The notes below the pieces were generated by a model. It saw nothing but the letters and a program-made list of their open reading frames with translations, had not been told where the DNA came from and did not search any database. Positions 13,456 to 26,604 of a DNA stretch of 64,000 nt are shown piece by piece; the stretch's first letter is position 1; each line of letters starts with the position of its first letter. The position numbers were made by a program, and so were the translations under genes. Source of the stretch: Ophelia neglecta (Eukaryota); NCBI GenBank assembly GCA_965285935.1, contig OZ260665.1, forward strand, positions 22,878,001 through 22,942,000. Reading direction: 5' to 3'.

Positions 13456-15599
13456 TAATGACTTGTGCTGTTTGTTGGCCAACGAAAGTGGTGTATGTAT
13501 CCCCTTTATGGATAAGATGGGTTCCAAATGAAATGCAAGTGGCGTATTTAGGTTGAATTGCTATGTTTAACATACATCCACTTCTGTCAAAATGCTGCCG
13601 TTACAATTTGGGGTTGTGTATTGTATATGAATATACGAACATGCCGCTAGGCACAAAAACAGCGGATTAATTGAGATCACGTTTGGAATAGTTTTTGTTC
13701 AAAAAGAGCCCACTGAGACTTTCTCGGGTTAATTGAGCAACTAGGTCCTTATCGTCAATCTGTTAGAACACTGGAATAGCTGTCATTGACAACAAAAGGG
13801 CCTGGTCGAGGGGAAATTTTAAGTTCAAGCTCCGTAACATCCATGTGAATATAGCTATTATTCCGCGATGAATAATCGATTTAGTGTTTGATGAAGCAAG
13901 CACTCTCATTAAGCTTTTCGTCAGCCGTTGTCACTAATGGTGATAGCTCTAGGTCATGCCAAACCCAACAAATCCCGTGACTTTTGCTGGAAGTAATTTA
14001 ACAAACTATTTTCCCATTAAGGAAATTCTTTTGATTGATAATTCTAAAAGTATTACTATTCTATTCCTTACCACTTCGTATTTAGCTTTAGATTAAAAAG
14101 TAACTAGTAATGCAATATTAGCCTTTAGTCCTCAAATTGACTTTATATTACCAGATACGTTGAGCGCAGATACAGTTTCCTGTTGTTAGGCTGGTTTATG
14201 CCTTAAACTTCGATAATATTGGCACGAAATCGCCGCAAAAGAAATTACGGATGTTTCCATACTTAATCACAAATTAAGGACAGTCGTCATACATTGTATG
14301 GCCAAGATCGTGCGGCAAACTATAAAATGAAAATAGACATACAGCGGGCGTAGCGACGGGATAAAGGGACCGGTCATAGACTCCCCAAGTGTATAAGTCA
14401 CCACTGTCCCAAATTGACCAGTGAGTCCTTTTGTGTGTTCTAAACCGCATCGCGGAAAACTGGTGTCTCCTTATCAATGCAAGAGATCTAAAAATGTCAT
14501 TAACATTTCTTTGCATTACAAGTTTTGTTATTTACTAGTTGGAAGCTGGAGATTAATTAAATGATATCCGTTTGGCTGTCATTCGTCATGCCACAGCAGC
14601 ATTACGTTAGTGGAACATTGACCTCGTCTTAATAACAAAACGAACTTAATGTGGCATGACTGGTGTACGATTCTTGTGTTTCGATAAATGTCTAATGGTT
14701 TCCGTAATTATCAAGATGGAAGCAATTAACCTTTTTCTCCATAACTATTTTCTAATGATATATTGAATACAGTAATAAACTGGAATTCTATGATATTAGT
14801 ATGTCACCATATTATATACTATATTATTTTGATATCCCTAACTTGGACTTTCCCTCATTCCACTGTTCTCATTTGGATAGTGCCTTTCTAAATGACATAG
14901 GTATGTTCATTTTGTACTTTTAGGATTTTTTTTTGCATAAGACGGGAGTGGATACCCGACAGATAAATATCACTACTTATCAAGAATAGTCCATTTAACG
15001 GGTCAACATTCACCAGAAACCACAGCACCACACACATCAATAAGTCAATCTCCAGCTCCCAATTTCACTTGTTTGATCGTAGCCTCATTTCAAAGGCAAT
15101 TGCAAATTAAAGGACCTCGTTTGATTTGACCTAGCAAAAAAGGTCAATGTAGGCAATCTGATGTGAATAATTCTAAATCTAATAATGTCCTCTGTTAGCC
15201 GCAGGCGTGTATCTGCAACAAAACAACTGATTCAACAAGCTCTGTTCCGGGCTATAAAGAGATGAGATTTCGAGGTATGTACCTTTGCCATAACGCACAA
15301 GAAAATGTTTTGCCCCAAATGGATAATGCCCCGGGCTTATACCCCAGATAGGAATGCTTCGAGTTTTCAGCTATTATAGGGATTGATGAACGTAATATAG
15401 CTAATGTAAATAAGGAACCTTACGGCGGCTTAAAGATTTCTCGAATTTTGGGATAATCGCGAAATGACCAGCTTGTAAAAAAGAGACAGGATACTCGGCA
15501 GACAAAGCCAATTCATTGAACTAGAATTTTCTGTTAGAAAGATCGGAAACCATCAGAAACCAGCAACAATAGAAAAGATACGTTTTAAAGTTAGCTGAG

Positions 15600-15852
15600 T
15601 CCCCTGTGTCCCCGGGGTAAATGCACTAACATTCAACCAGACCAGGTCTTAAAACCATTGTATTTGAAGTCCGGCAGTCTAAAAATTCTAGTATATATGG
15701 GATCCGGGTATATTTTAAGTATATTTGGAATTCTTGTTAATCACGTCCGCATGCCTAGAAAACTGGTATTTTTCATCTCCAGAGACTTAGTACCCTAGAG
15801 TTTTGATTCCGAAGGACTTTTTAGATGGGGAACTTAATAATCGTATACACCA
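15600..15852 (+). mobile_element. Degenerate non-autonomous (MITE-like) element, same family as 21411..21629
   Basis: Shares the block ctggtatttttcatctccagagacttagtaccctagagttttgattccgaaggactt with the 21.5-kb copy (ctggcatattttgtcttctggtcttgtcaacctagggtttttagtccgggggactt). Confidence 0.5.
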
Positions 15853-18800
15853 GTAGCTTAAGTGATTAACATGCGTTGCTCCACTGTTCTTGGAAAATGA
15901 TTTTACCCTTCCACATCGTCGGTATTGCATGACGAAAATATTTAGGGTTTTTCCCCATCTGACCATTTGCACGAGGCCGATATAATGCGAGACAACGATA
16001 CCAAATAAAATTGCCTCAAACAGCAGGTTTATAACGTTGTGAAAATGAATCTTTCTTTGAAAAAAAAACTGAAATGCTTTTTATGAAAAGGGAAAAGGAA
16101 CCATGTTTTCTAATAATTGTTGTTACAATGATTAATACTAAAGTCGTTTTTATTCACATATACACAAGGAAAATTGTATCCATACCTTGTCATTATTGTT
16201 GTTCACACTATTCCGAAGTCATTTAGCAAACACAATACTAACGGTGCATTTGGCCTAAATAGCAGCTGTAGCTGAGTTCCTGCCCAACAGTCGCCTCTGG
16301 TGAACGTCAAAGCCGCAGGGCAACCTATTTTCGAGTTTCGTACGTGAAACTCATAATTGAATAGCCATAAGGATCCACTGCATGGAGCCATCGGGCCATG
16401 ATTATCCTTGTGTAGTCTTATTCTCTGGTACAAAATAAAGTTATTGATGTTTTAACACCGATTTTCTCTTAACAAGTAGCAGCGCAAGGCCAGAATGCTT
16501 GGACAGTTATTAAAACCGTGAGTTAGTATGCGGTACCTTCGATCAGACGGGTGCCTTTGTATAGTTGTGACTTGAGTTATGAGTACAGAAAAACGCAATC
16601 AAATCTCTTAAGCGTAATTCAAAATAATGTGATGGCATATCTTTTTAGACAGGTACACAAAACAATGCTCAAAGTCTAGTTAGATTAATTTCCTGTGTAT
16701 ATTCGTGATTTAGCCACCAATAACTGTTGTCGCAGGTTGGTTAAAACATAAATTTTATTGGGCTATCTAAGTAATGCGGGCCTAACCTGGTGGCTTCTCC
16801 TTTGTAGAAAGGCTGTACACAGAAGTATATGGTATAACGTTACATTCCGTTCTTTGAGAAATTGATACATAGGAGAGCTTCTTAATGATCCAATTGGAGT
16901 CGGCATTCTGATGAAATGTTTTGGCTGACGACCATGTGAATTGTTTTGATAGTATTTTGGGTCTGGATTTAAAGCACAGGATTACATAGTATCTCATCAT
17001 TATATTTCGGTTTTATATACCCAGGAGGGTCACCTTAGAGTTATGTAACGGAGTTCTACGCCCATCTTATCGCGCAGATATATATTCTTAATGATGTAGA
17101 AGCAGTTGTTATTGTCGTTGTGACATAAACGCTTGTTGCAGATTGTCGGCAAGATCGGCTTTGTATAGCGTATGAAGAAATTCGTAAGCCAAACCAGCTG
17201 TAAATATATTAAAAGATATGCAATTCCGTACACTGTATGGCATATTTGAAGATCAAGATTATGTGTACATAAATTCCCGAACGCCGCTACTAGAGCCTAG
17301 GATTTTGTCACACAAGGTTGTTTTCTAATTTGTCTCGAATCAGGAGAGGCAGTGTTGTGTCTCTTATTGAGATCTTTAAAATTTCGTGTATTGTATCCAC
17401 GCCCTGAAGACCACCTAATCAATCTGTGCTTATTGTTAAATAGGCATTTTCTAAATATTCGGGCAATATTGGTTCTCCAGTAATTAGTGCACAGTTGCTG
17501 AACTTATGTGATATTCAGCCAAACAACAGATAACTCCAAGATACAATTTTTAATGAAGTTCCTGAAAAATTCTAAATAATGCCTTTCGGCGTGAGTGACT
17601 CAATAGTGAAATTTATTGAGAATACAGAAATTGGTATTAAAAGTAAGGAAGAAGTGAATGTAATATATGGTGATACCTGTAAATCTGTATTTAATGAAAC
17701 GTGCAAACATCGCTAATATTTGAACTGTTCAGAAATTCTCGACGAAATAAGCATTGCACCCTTCTGGGATGAAGAGCTCTCTAATCTGTGGAAAACTGGT
17801 GTGCTAAAGAAAAATAGTTTGATGAATTTAAAGGCTCAAAGCGTAAAAGACAGACTAAGTTTTTGAAAAGTAAACAGGCTAGGCAGTCATTTGGCAAAAG
17901 ATTACGCCAAAAGTAAAGAACATATAGTAGTAGATTTCTTTTATTATAGTGACTATGCCACCAAATACAAATATATACATTTGTTTTCATAATGGCCCAG
18001 CCCTATGGGCTTACAAAGTCACTTTTATCATACAAGAACAGACTTCTCTGTAAAAACAGTGTGTATTTCCTTTACATTACATGGGGTAATATCATAGAAA
18101 TGTGATAACAGGTTCAGTTCATTAAATATACAATATATTTGGGAACATCAATTTTCTTTTCCCCTAAACCCGTAGTAGCATTACAGACATCATTCTGGTA
18201 TCACATTTTTCCTTAAGGGCCGAGAAACAAAATGGAAAATCCTGCGAGTGTTATTTAAAATGGGTAATTTTTGACTGACACAAACATGGTACTTAAAAAT
18301 GGGAATTTGATTTTGCAGAGATACTAAATAAGCCGTCTGAGAGCTAGTATATGATGTTTCATATACCAGTATGATAGAGGAACTAAATGCAGATATATGA
18401 TTATCTGAGATTGTCAAGTCACTTCAAAGTTAAAATTGTGCCCTTCTCCAAAAAATTGCCCTCACTGATCCTTACTGATCCCTAAAAATATGTTCACTAA
18501 ATTTGACCTTGAGAAAGTATTTAATCAAATACGCCCTTGTAATATTGATCAGGCCACAAGTAATAATGTTTCGGCGTAAATATATGGATACTCGGTAACA
18601 AAAAAAATGAACCAAAGTATAATAATCAAAGCTAGTGTAATTGCAAATTAAATAAAAGATGAAAAACTATTTAGAATTACTCTGTATGCAACGACCGCGC
18701 GAGACTGCCCCCCAATGTACTAAATGTGTTAAGTTCAGTCAGCCATAACCCCTAATAATCTTCTCGATTTAAATGGGTGAATTTTTTTACTACAAGGTCA

Positions 18801-19049
18801 ATGTGAAAAGAGGAATATTTCTCACTAACAAGTGTCAGAAATATTTGGCCCAATTCTTGTACGAGACATATGGTATTCGCAGATGTCTTGGTATGCATGA
18901 AATGGTGCGTGTGTGCACCGTGCGAGGAACGTAAGTAGTACTCTGAATACGTTTAGTGTTTAAAGTGACTAATATTTCCGGGATGAGCTGGGTCTTCATT
19001 CTTCAACTATGAAGTGTATTCCACTGTATCTCTAATGAGAATTATCACT

Positions 19050-19550
19050 ATACTAAGCAATCAATCAGTCCTCCCGAATGGGGAAATGAAACTGTCGTAG
19101 ATTGCATTTATAATGTAGTGCACTGTTGGCGTAGGACTGAATATAGTATTTGTGGTTTGTTTCGATGGGGCTTATGACTCGATGGCGTAAGGATACATCG
19201 TTCAACAGGTCTACGTAGGTTTGATGCAGATGCGTAATAGCACATTGGTTAGACATTCAGGACCATGCATCGATGTTATGTTAGTGGACATTATGCTTTG
19301 TCGGTTGCCAGTATATCCAAAAAAGGTCCGGCAATACTTTTAGACATCCTTAAGTAAAATATGTCATAGCTGTTGAAAAATGTGCAACTTGTATCAGCTT
19401 TAAGGCAAAGAAAGTATATTTTTTCAGAAAGAAGTATGGAAAACCGTGGTTTGCCAATATGCGTAACATTACTGTTTTGCTTTATCAACGGAAAAAATAC
19501 AAAATGCCTATGGAGTAATGATATATAAGTATCCATTACTAGATACTCAA
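19050..19550 (-). mobile_element. Possible highly decayed LINE RT C-terminal remnant
   Basis: Minus-strand frames give EKIYFLCLKA...DIFYL...KSIAGPFLD (compare KRLYFL..LKRAG...FY.S.IRP.LEY) and HKYYIQSYANS..YK...FP (compare CR1-group C-terminus). The similarity is loose. Confidence 0.3.
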
Positions 19551-19959
19551 GAAATGGAGCAAGTGATTATGCAAGGATGGTATTTGATAGATTTGCCTAA
19601 CGCTGTGTCCACTGCAAATGTACCATAGTGGTAAGGGTTCCCCTTAAACGCCATCCGATACATGTTTTAAGGAGGTGTGTTATATGACAATCTGCCTCCC
19701 ATTATACCCTTCTCTGTTCTGACCTAAGAATGTTTTGTTGGGTTTTTTGTCGGGTCTCATTGTAAAGTTTAGAATGATTTAGTTTGGTTAGTTAGTTTAA
19801 GCTGGTAAAGATTAGACTACCGCCTGCCATGTGACATAGCAGGCATCCGCTGTATGCAGAATGTTAATACCAGCTGAGTGTAATCCATATGCGTGATGTG
19901 ATGAAGGAGATTATCACAGAGATGACTTTAGTTCTAGCTTGTTCTGCAACTGAAATAGC

Positions 19960-20258
19960 TTATTAAATTATGCCGGACAAGGTCTTGCCGCACCCTAAAC
20001 TTGACATGGCATCACTAGGAACGGAAAGCCATCTGTATAGGATGAACTCGAATCATTTCACACACGGTTTACCTGCCGTAGACACCAGACAGAGAACCCC
20101 ACCCAATCCCATTATACTGACATCGGGTTGACCAGTCCTGATACTACCCACGAAATACCGGGCGCCTGGCAGGGAAGCTTTCAGTAGCTTTTTTACGTCT
20201 TGAATTTGACGCGATCAGGAGTCGAACCCCGATCTACCACTTGCGAGGCGGACGGCCT
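19960..20258 (-). mobile_element. tRNA-derived SINE (resembles RUDI/Meta-type lophotrochozoan SINEs), 5' end eroded
   Basis: The reverse complement starts ...gtccgcctcgcaagtggtagatcggGGTTCGACTCC (Pol III B box at 20218..20228). It continues with a core gcttccctgccaggcgcccgg...ggactggtcaacccgatgtcagtataatgggattgggtgg that I recall from mollusc-type SINEs. The left boundary is approximate. Confidence 0.75.
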
Positions 20259-20324
20259 GGCTTGGTGGTCAATACCCTAGGGTCATGAAATACTGGAGAC
20301 AAAATATACCTTAAGTTTGGGACC

Positions 20325-20712
20325 GACGAGATTTTTGTCGGGAGGCTTAGTCGGCGGGCACGGGGAAGTTACCTGGGAAGGAGTGTGGGGGTAGAGATCA
20401 TTGTGGTCGTGGTGAGGGGGTAGGGGGGGGGTCTTGAGAGGTCACCGAAAAAGGGGGTGTGATATAATTGTTGCCCGGGGGGGCTTAGTAAGTGGGCCTG
20501 GCGAAATACATAGAAAAGGGGGGGGGGGAGGGTCGATAGATAATGGTTGTCGGGAGGCTTAGTGGGCAAGCTTGGAGAAGAAGGCGGCGAGAAATAATTG
20601 TCAGCGGAGGGCTTTAGTTGTCGAGCCCGGAAGGGGAATGAGAGACAATGGGTGCCGGAAGTGGAGAATCTACATGGGACGGAGGTGAGAGATAATTAAG
20701 AGATAATTAAGT
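20325..20712 (+). repeat. Degenerate G-rich tandem repeat / potential G-quadruplex tract
   Basis: A recurring (ga)gataattgt(c/t)gggaggcttagt-like motif is interspersed with G-runs of 4 to more than 10 nt. Confidence 0.65.
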
Positions 20713-21147
20713 AGGAACGTCAGTGTCGCCGGCTTGTGCAGAGTAATAATAGTCAAGAAGGATCCGGCCAACACAACACCCACCCTACACACAATGGTTT
20801 ACTCGATATCCATCCTCTAGATGGGCATTATTATATAAGGAGAAAACTAGTATTTGCAGGTGCACGTTTTCGAACTCCTCGCCGAGGCCGAAGTTCATAG
20901 AAATTGCGAGATACCTCTGTAGTTCTAGATGACCTGTTCAATAGGGTCGACTGAGTGTTTTCGTACATTTAACTTATCGGGCAGCATTCTTTTGGAACCA
21001 ACACAACTGGTGATATATAAAAAGCCTGACTAGTATCCACTCCTTAATTAAAAGGCCGAAGAAATCTTAACAAGTGTCCTTATACCTATGAATTATTATC
21101 ATATATTGATATGGTAGCTTGCACAGTGTTCTTATTAAAAAAAAAGC

Positions 21148-21316
21148 TGCCGCGGTATAAGTGCGGTATTTCCTCTGCAGTTCTTCGGTGTATGTAACGT
21201 ATTTTCAAGGAACCTTCCCGGTAGCACTGCGGCATCGGCCGACCCTGGGAATACCGCGATATTCCACGAAATTACCGAGGTATTATCTAACACCTACATA
21301 CCGTACCGAGGTATCT
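21148..21316. repeat. Cluster of (T)ACCG(C/A)GGTAT palindromic motifs, probable MITE remnant
   Basis: ccgcggtat, gcggtat, ataccgcgatat, ttaccgaggtat and taccgaggtat all occur within 170 bp. Confidence 0.4.
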
Positions 21317-21410
21317 GATCCTCTCAAAGGCAGGACTGTATATCATTGCTTTTTAGATAGAGCTATATACGAGAGCAGGAAATTGTGTCGATTTTCGCAA
21401 TGATCGACTG

Positions 21411-21629
21411 GCTGTAAGGTCTCCCGGAGATTAATTAACCCTTAACCCTACCCAAGACTCCCCCGGTATGTAAACACTAATATTTTAAGTCCCGGTTCTA
21501 GACGGTCTAGTTTATTTGGGATCTGGTTCCGAATGCCTGGTTAATTTAGTCCGCCGATCTCAAAATACTGGCATATTTTGTCTTCTGGTCTTGTCAACCT
21601 AGGGTTTTTAGTCCGGGGGACTTTACAGC
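21411..21629. mobile_element. MITE-like element with 18-bp inverted repeats
   Basis: GCTGTAAGGTCTCCCGGA (21411..21428) and TCCGGGGGACTTTACAGC (21612..21629) are 16/18 complementary. There is an internal taacccttaaccct tract. Related pieces lie at ~15600..15852 (+) and 20271..20310 (-). Confidence 0.65.
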
Positions 21630-22776
21630 AGGAGAAAAATAATCTAATACGTAAACATCAACATTTAGAATTAGGTTCGGTAATGGCAATGTATTTTTAT
21701 CCCGATGAGTTGTCTTCTGTCGGACCCTGCAGCAAATAAAGGGTGCGTGGCTGCCATTAGAAACGAAGGGGATGCCGGCCCTTGTCTGACCCTTACTGCC
21801 GCCACAAAACCCTTAACTACACCTCCACTGCCATAGCTCTAGGTGAAACAGGTGCAGCATTACTAAATATTGATAAAGGGGCGGCCTGCATGTAATTGTG
21901 TCTTTCATCGGCAATATTGGGCATGTATGACATGTTATAATGCCAATGTGTAATAGTGACATGATAAAATACAACAGTAAAATCAATGATATCAAGCATG
22001 TTCATTATGTCTTCAGCAATCCAATTATGTTACCCAAACATCAGGGCAGGTAGACGCCCGGAGGGAGTTATTGTTAATGGCGCTGCCTCCACGCCTGAAT
22101 TAATAACGGTGTGCCATTTCGCGCTGACAACAGCTGCCTCTGTATAGGAATTTAATCATGTCCGGCCATGACATGTTTACGACCCCGAGAGCAAGCACAG
22201 TGTGTTGTTATGTTTGATCCCATAACAGTATGTCCATCTTGGCTCCTGCAACGGCCTTGAATATGTAAGCAGCCATCAAAGACAAATATTGACACGCATT
22301 TACTCTTAATTTGTGTTACCCTTAACTCGCCCATATTGTGTGGGAGGTTATTAATTGGTTACATATTAATTATGATTAAATCAGCTTGGTCTACAGTAGG
22401 TATTAATTGTGTCTATATAGGAGAAGTATCCCCAACATCGCTGTAACGTGGAGGTAAATTGGTGTATACCTTTTAGGTTAATAAGTAAAACAGATCAATA
22501 TTATACATTTTCCTCTCAAAACCAAATTAATCCTAATGAATCTCTGAAAAAAAAATGTAGAAGGCGCTTAAGATGACATGGGAGGGGGGAGAGGGGGGGG
22601 GGTTGTTTAGACCTAAAAAGAAAACCGAAAATTGCTAAGAAGCAGCCAATGCTATTCTTACCTCAATCCATGAAGGGTAAAAGGAACTCCATGCACTCTC
22701 CGAAACCCACCCTTGGAAGCGAAAGAGGAACACTGTTCATCATACCCCGCTCTGTAAGCCAAATAAATAGCTTTTT

Positions 22777-22862
22777 ACCACCACCGCCCCTCCCCCCACC
22801 ACCGCTGGAAACAAATCCACCCACCCCACCCCAGACCCAACCCCCCCCCCCCCTCCCCAGCA
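22777..22862 (-). repeat. C-rich low-complexity tract (G4-forming potential on minus strand)
   Basis: Many C-runs. A G-rich tract lies upstream at 22579..22602. Confidence 0.7.
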
Positions 22863-25800
22863 ACACCCTCGAGTAGCCGGGATACGTGAAAGTCTTAGCG
22901 TTTCCTGAGAATCAATTTATTAATTTTTGTGTGGCCTAAATGTGACTTGCTATATATGTTATGTGTATGCCTATACGATCAACAGTCACGTTGTGTGGAT
23001 TTCAACCCTTTAAACATGATCAGGACAAACCTTACCTGAACGTCATGTCAAAGGTATCAAAAAGAAGTATAAGGCACTAGGATAGCTGGTTTATATAACG
23101 GAAACGATTTTCGGAAGAACCGACGCCAATAATCACTGTTTTGCTTACCATACCCCGGATTCCAAATAAATTAAATATAATTGAACTGCCCTATTATCTC
23201 CCGGAACACCGCGTGAGCCGCTTGCCAGTACATATACATGAGCCTGACACATAATATGTATTAAGTGATTATATTTTAAGAAGTCTGTGCCCTTCCTCTG
23301 CAAATTAATCCCAGGGTATGGCCTTGTAAAGGTTGCACTGACTGAGCATCAATGATGTCTAAAGACAAGGTATTGTCGGCTTCAGCCTTCGACGGTGCTA
23401 TATGCAAGGCAACACATTAATAAATTGAAAACATTGAGGACTCGGGGGCGGGCTCGCGAATGACAAGCCTGAATGTCAGGCAAAATATGAAGAGTCGTTC
23501 TAATGAATTTGTCATCTTATACCAACTGATCCATGAAATTCGATCCAAGAAGTACCAATGATATACGACAGTGTCATATTGGATTGAAAGCTGTGTGCTG
23601 TCGAGGCAAAATAAAAAAGATCATCATTAGAATGGTGTTAGGAAAACTGCGTGACATTAAAAGAGCAAGGGCGTGATGGTCGAATGTCAAGGACACGCCT
23701 TCAGTTGAAGTTGTTTTGCAAGAACGGAAACCAGGCTGTAAGATGAGTAGTACGACATTAGCAACAGCTGGATTACCTAAGAGCTTACACCTGCTTAAAA
23801 TGATGAAGACGAACTTCTGGATAAGAGACTTATGTACTTACAATATCTTGTACACCAATTACTTAACTTAAATCATACTGACGTTTATTCTCTAATGTAC
23901 GAATAGGCATCATCCAAGGACAGCCATTGTGGGCTTAATATATAATTGATCTATATTGAACCTGGTGGAATCAACAATAATCGCATTACAGTGGTGTATG
24001 ATGTATTGATAGGGCAACAGTCAAGTAAGGCCGAACGGATGATAAGCCTGTGTAATTAACTTTTACGTCTTTCATCAGGCATGCACGGATAATTCTCAGT
24101 GTCAATCAACTAATTAGTACATTATTTGAATGAAAACTCCTGAATAGGTTCGGGTAATCATTCGCCAGAGGCACATAACGTTTCAATAGACGGTTGAAAT
24201 CACTTTTGGTGCTTTAGACTAATTGTATAATTCGGTTAAAGTGTTGGACAGTCACAGCAGTAAGACATGAATAATGCTATTGGTCAATGCGAATCCCCTG
24301 TAGATGCACTGACAGTATGAATGCTTCTAGACCAAAACGTGTGTTAGAGGTGTCTGCAAGAAATGACGAAAGCTAGGAGAAAGGGAAAACAACACAATCG
24401 AAAAATAACCACTTAATCAAACTTACTGTTGTTTTATGTAAAACCGCTGCAGAAGCAATGACGGTGTTAATTTTGTCAGACCACATACTGTGTTTTTGTT
24501 TGCGTCAACCGGAAATTACAAAAGCTAGGAGGGAGGACAAACTTCAACACCCACAACTTACTAACTAAATTTAATCCCACATTGCCATTAATGTGTTTCA
24601 ACAGAATTTTCTAATGGTCAAATTTTGACCATTAAAAGTATAAATAAAAAAATAGTGTGGTTATCGGCAGGAATGGTATTGTAACATTACGGAGTATGGA
24701 ATTCCAAGAAACATATCACTGAAAAAATATATTATATGTAATAAAAATACACGCCAACACAACTACGACAGCAGTATTTATCAGAATAATTAGCGAAAAG
24801 TGTTCGTACTTAACAATTTAATATAGGTATGCTATAGAACATTGAACACGAATGCTCGGAGCGTGGTGACTGAAGCTACAGTTGCCACTAAGCTGGGCAC
24901 AAGTCGCGCACTACTTCAAAACGGCTCTGAGAGTAAGTAGTGGAGAGCAGCCAGTGTCACCAGAGCTGTACGACTCGGGCAGCGCGGTTCCTTCACCATT
25001 CTTCAATCTTAATTGGGTCACACAAACCTTGAACATGTATTTGATACTATTGCTGCAGTTATCATACTGAACGAAATAATAATTTTCTGATCGTGAAGAT
25101 CTACATCTGAGATTTAAATTGTAGATTCTTTATCTCAACCCAAAACAATATCTGGCCGTGGGATTGCTGGAGATTTAGCATTTGTAGAGCCATATGAGGG
25201 GCCAACTTGGGACAACACGGCCAAATGCAGTCCCCCCTCTCCATCCCCGTCCGCGAATGCATGGAACGTTGCATATTTGGAATGAAAGAAAGCAGTGAAT
25301 ACAATTGAAATACGTTTGAAAACAGTCTACCACCATCAAACCTCTGCTCTGTTAGATTTGTACTTTATCGACTATTTCGGCATACTTGAAAACGCGTATA
25401 TATATATATAGGTCGCATAGGGTTCTTCTCAGGAAATAAAATGTTATACCTCAAGGTCATATAGGATCAGCAAAGCATGCCGATCTTTAATTAAATAATA
25501 CTTATGTAATCATTAGCGCATTCTATTCACCGAGAACAAAGGAGGTTTCCAGCCAGATCAAAAAAATATGTTTCATTATAAATATCTGAATATCTCCAAT
25601 GGTGAGGGAATGAAACTCCCACGAATGTTGTAGCTGTTAAGTTATAGCTACCAGAAATCAATATTCCTGCTGAATTTAAAACGCAAATATTGTATTAATC
25701 TTGACCAAAGACTATAAAAATGTTGTATACATAGTGTGAGCAGGGCGCAATTACTTTGGCGTTAGCACACCGACGCATTCAGTGAGATGTGCCGAGCATG

Positions 25801-25958
25801 AAATTGCGTTGTCAGCCTCTTAATTCTCTGATAGGTCGACTGTAATTCTGCTCGCTGAGCAGATTAAAGTCGTCTGCACACTACCAGAGCGGCCTGCTTA
25901 AGTCGTCAGGCGCCATTTCTCGCTTGTCTGCTGGAAATCGCCCGGCGCACCTTCCCGC

Positions 25959-25995
25959 CATAAAAGGCGAGAACTGCCAATCCGTGAGCACAGTG
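25959..25995 (+). promoter_or_regulatory. Candidate core promoter of the SYT15-like transcript (TATA-like plus Inr-like)
   Basis: CATAAAAG at 25959..25966 lies about 30 nt upstream of an Inr-like CACAGT (25989..25994). It sits at the end of a locally GC/CpG-rich patch (25730..25980), about 270-300 nt before the ATG at 26265. Confidence 0.4.
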
Positions 25996-26264
25996 AGTCT
26001 GTTATCTCCTAGCTCCACGCTGAGATTCTGAACAGCTGTTTATCCGACAAGGAAAATCTCCAAATCGGCAGTGTTTGCTAGTGAAACTTTATCTAGACAC
26101 CACTGTTCCGATCACACATTAAGTAATGACTAGTAATGGATATTTAGGCGGCTCAGGCTAAAGAAAGCAGCATCGATCAACAAGACAATCCTGCGTTTCC
26201 CAGCACTTCTCGTACTGGTGCCAAACGGTCGAACCAACTTTATATAGCGCTCTCTGCCGGGTAG

Positions 26265-26604
26265 ATGGCAACATTAACCTGGATGCCTTCCCGACTACCA
26301 GCCAACGTGACAACAGCCATGAGTGATTTACTGCAACGAGTAGCACCCAATATGTGCCAAACGAACTGTGCTAGAGTTCCCTCGTACTGCGGGCCTAACT
26401 CACCCACGATCATCTTCCCTTGCAGCCTGAAGACGATTCCCTTTACAGTTCCTTCGGGCAGCTCGGGGTCACGGAGACCCCTGTCCCTGGACAGCCGACC
26501 GGGCAGTGAGGATGGCAGTATCGCCTCGGCCAATGGGGCCGAAACCTCCTCTAGTCTCAGGGGCAGCCTGGAGAGCCTGGGCAGCCAAAGTTCAGAATTC
26601 AGAG
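26265..26604 (+). CDS. SYT15: Synaptotagmin-15-like, coding exon 1 (N-terminal region/linker)
   Basis: ATG at 26265 with an in-frame TAG immediately upstream. Encodes the IPFTVP motif similar to the SYT15 linker. Ends at a consensus donor AG|GTAAGT, phase 1, which matches the next exon. The true start is less certain than the donor. Confidence 0.75.

Noticed and set aside
22649-22876. Poly-proline and poly-glycine ORFs
   Set aside because: These are translations of a C-rich low-complexity tract.
23480-23830. Decayed DDE transposase (LIHE..., KSKGVMV..., KPG..DE*YD)
   Set aside because: The motifs are short, in different frames and wrongly spaced, so the call cannot be supported without a search.
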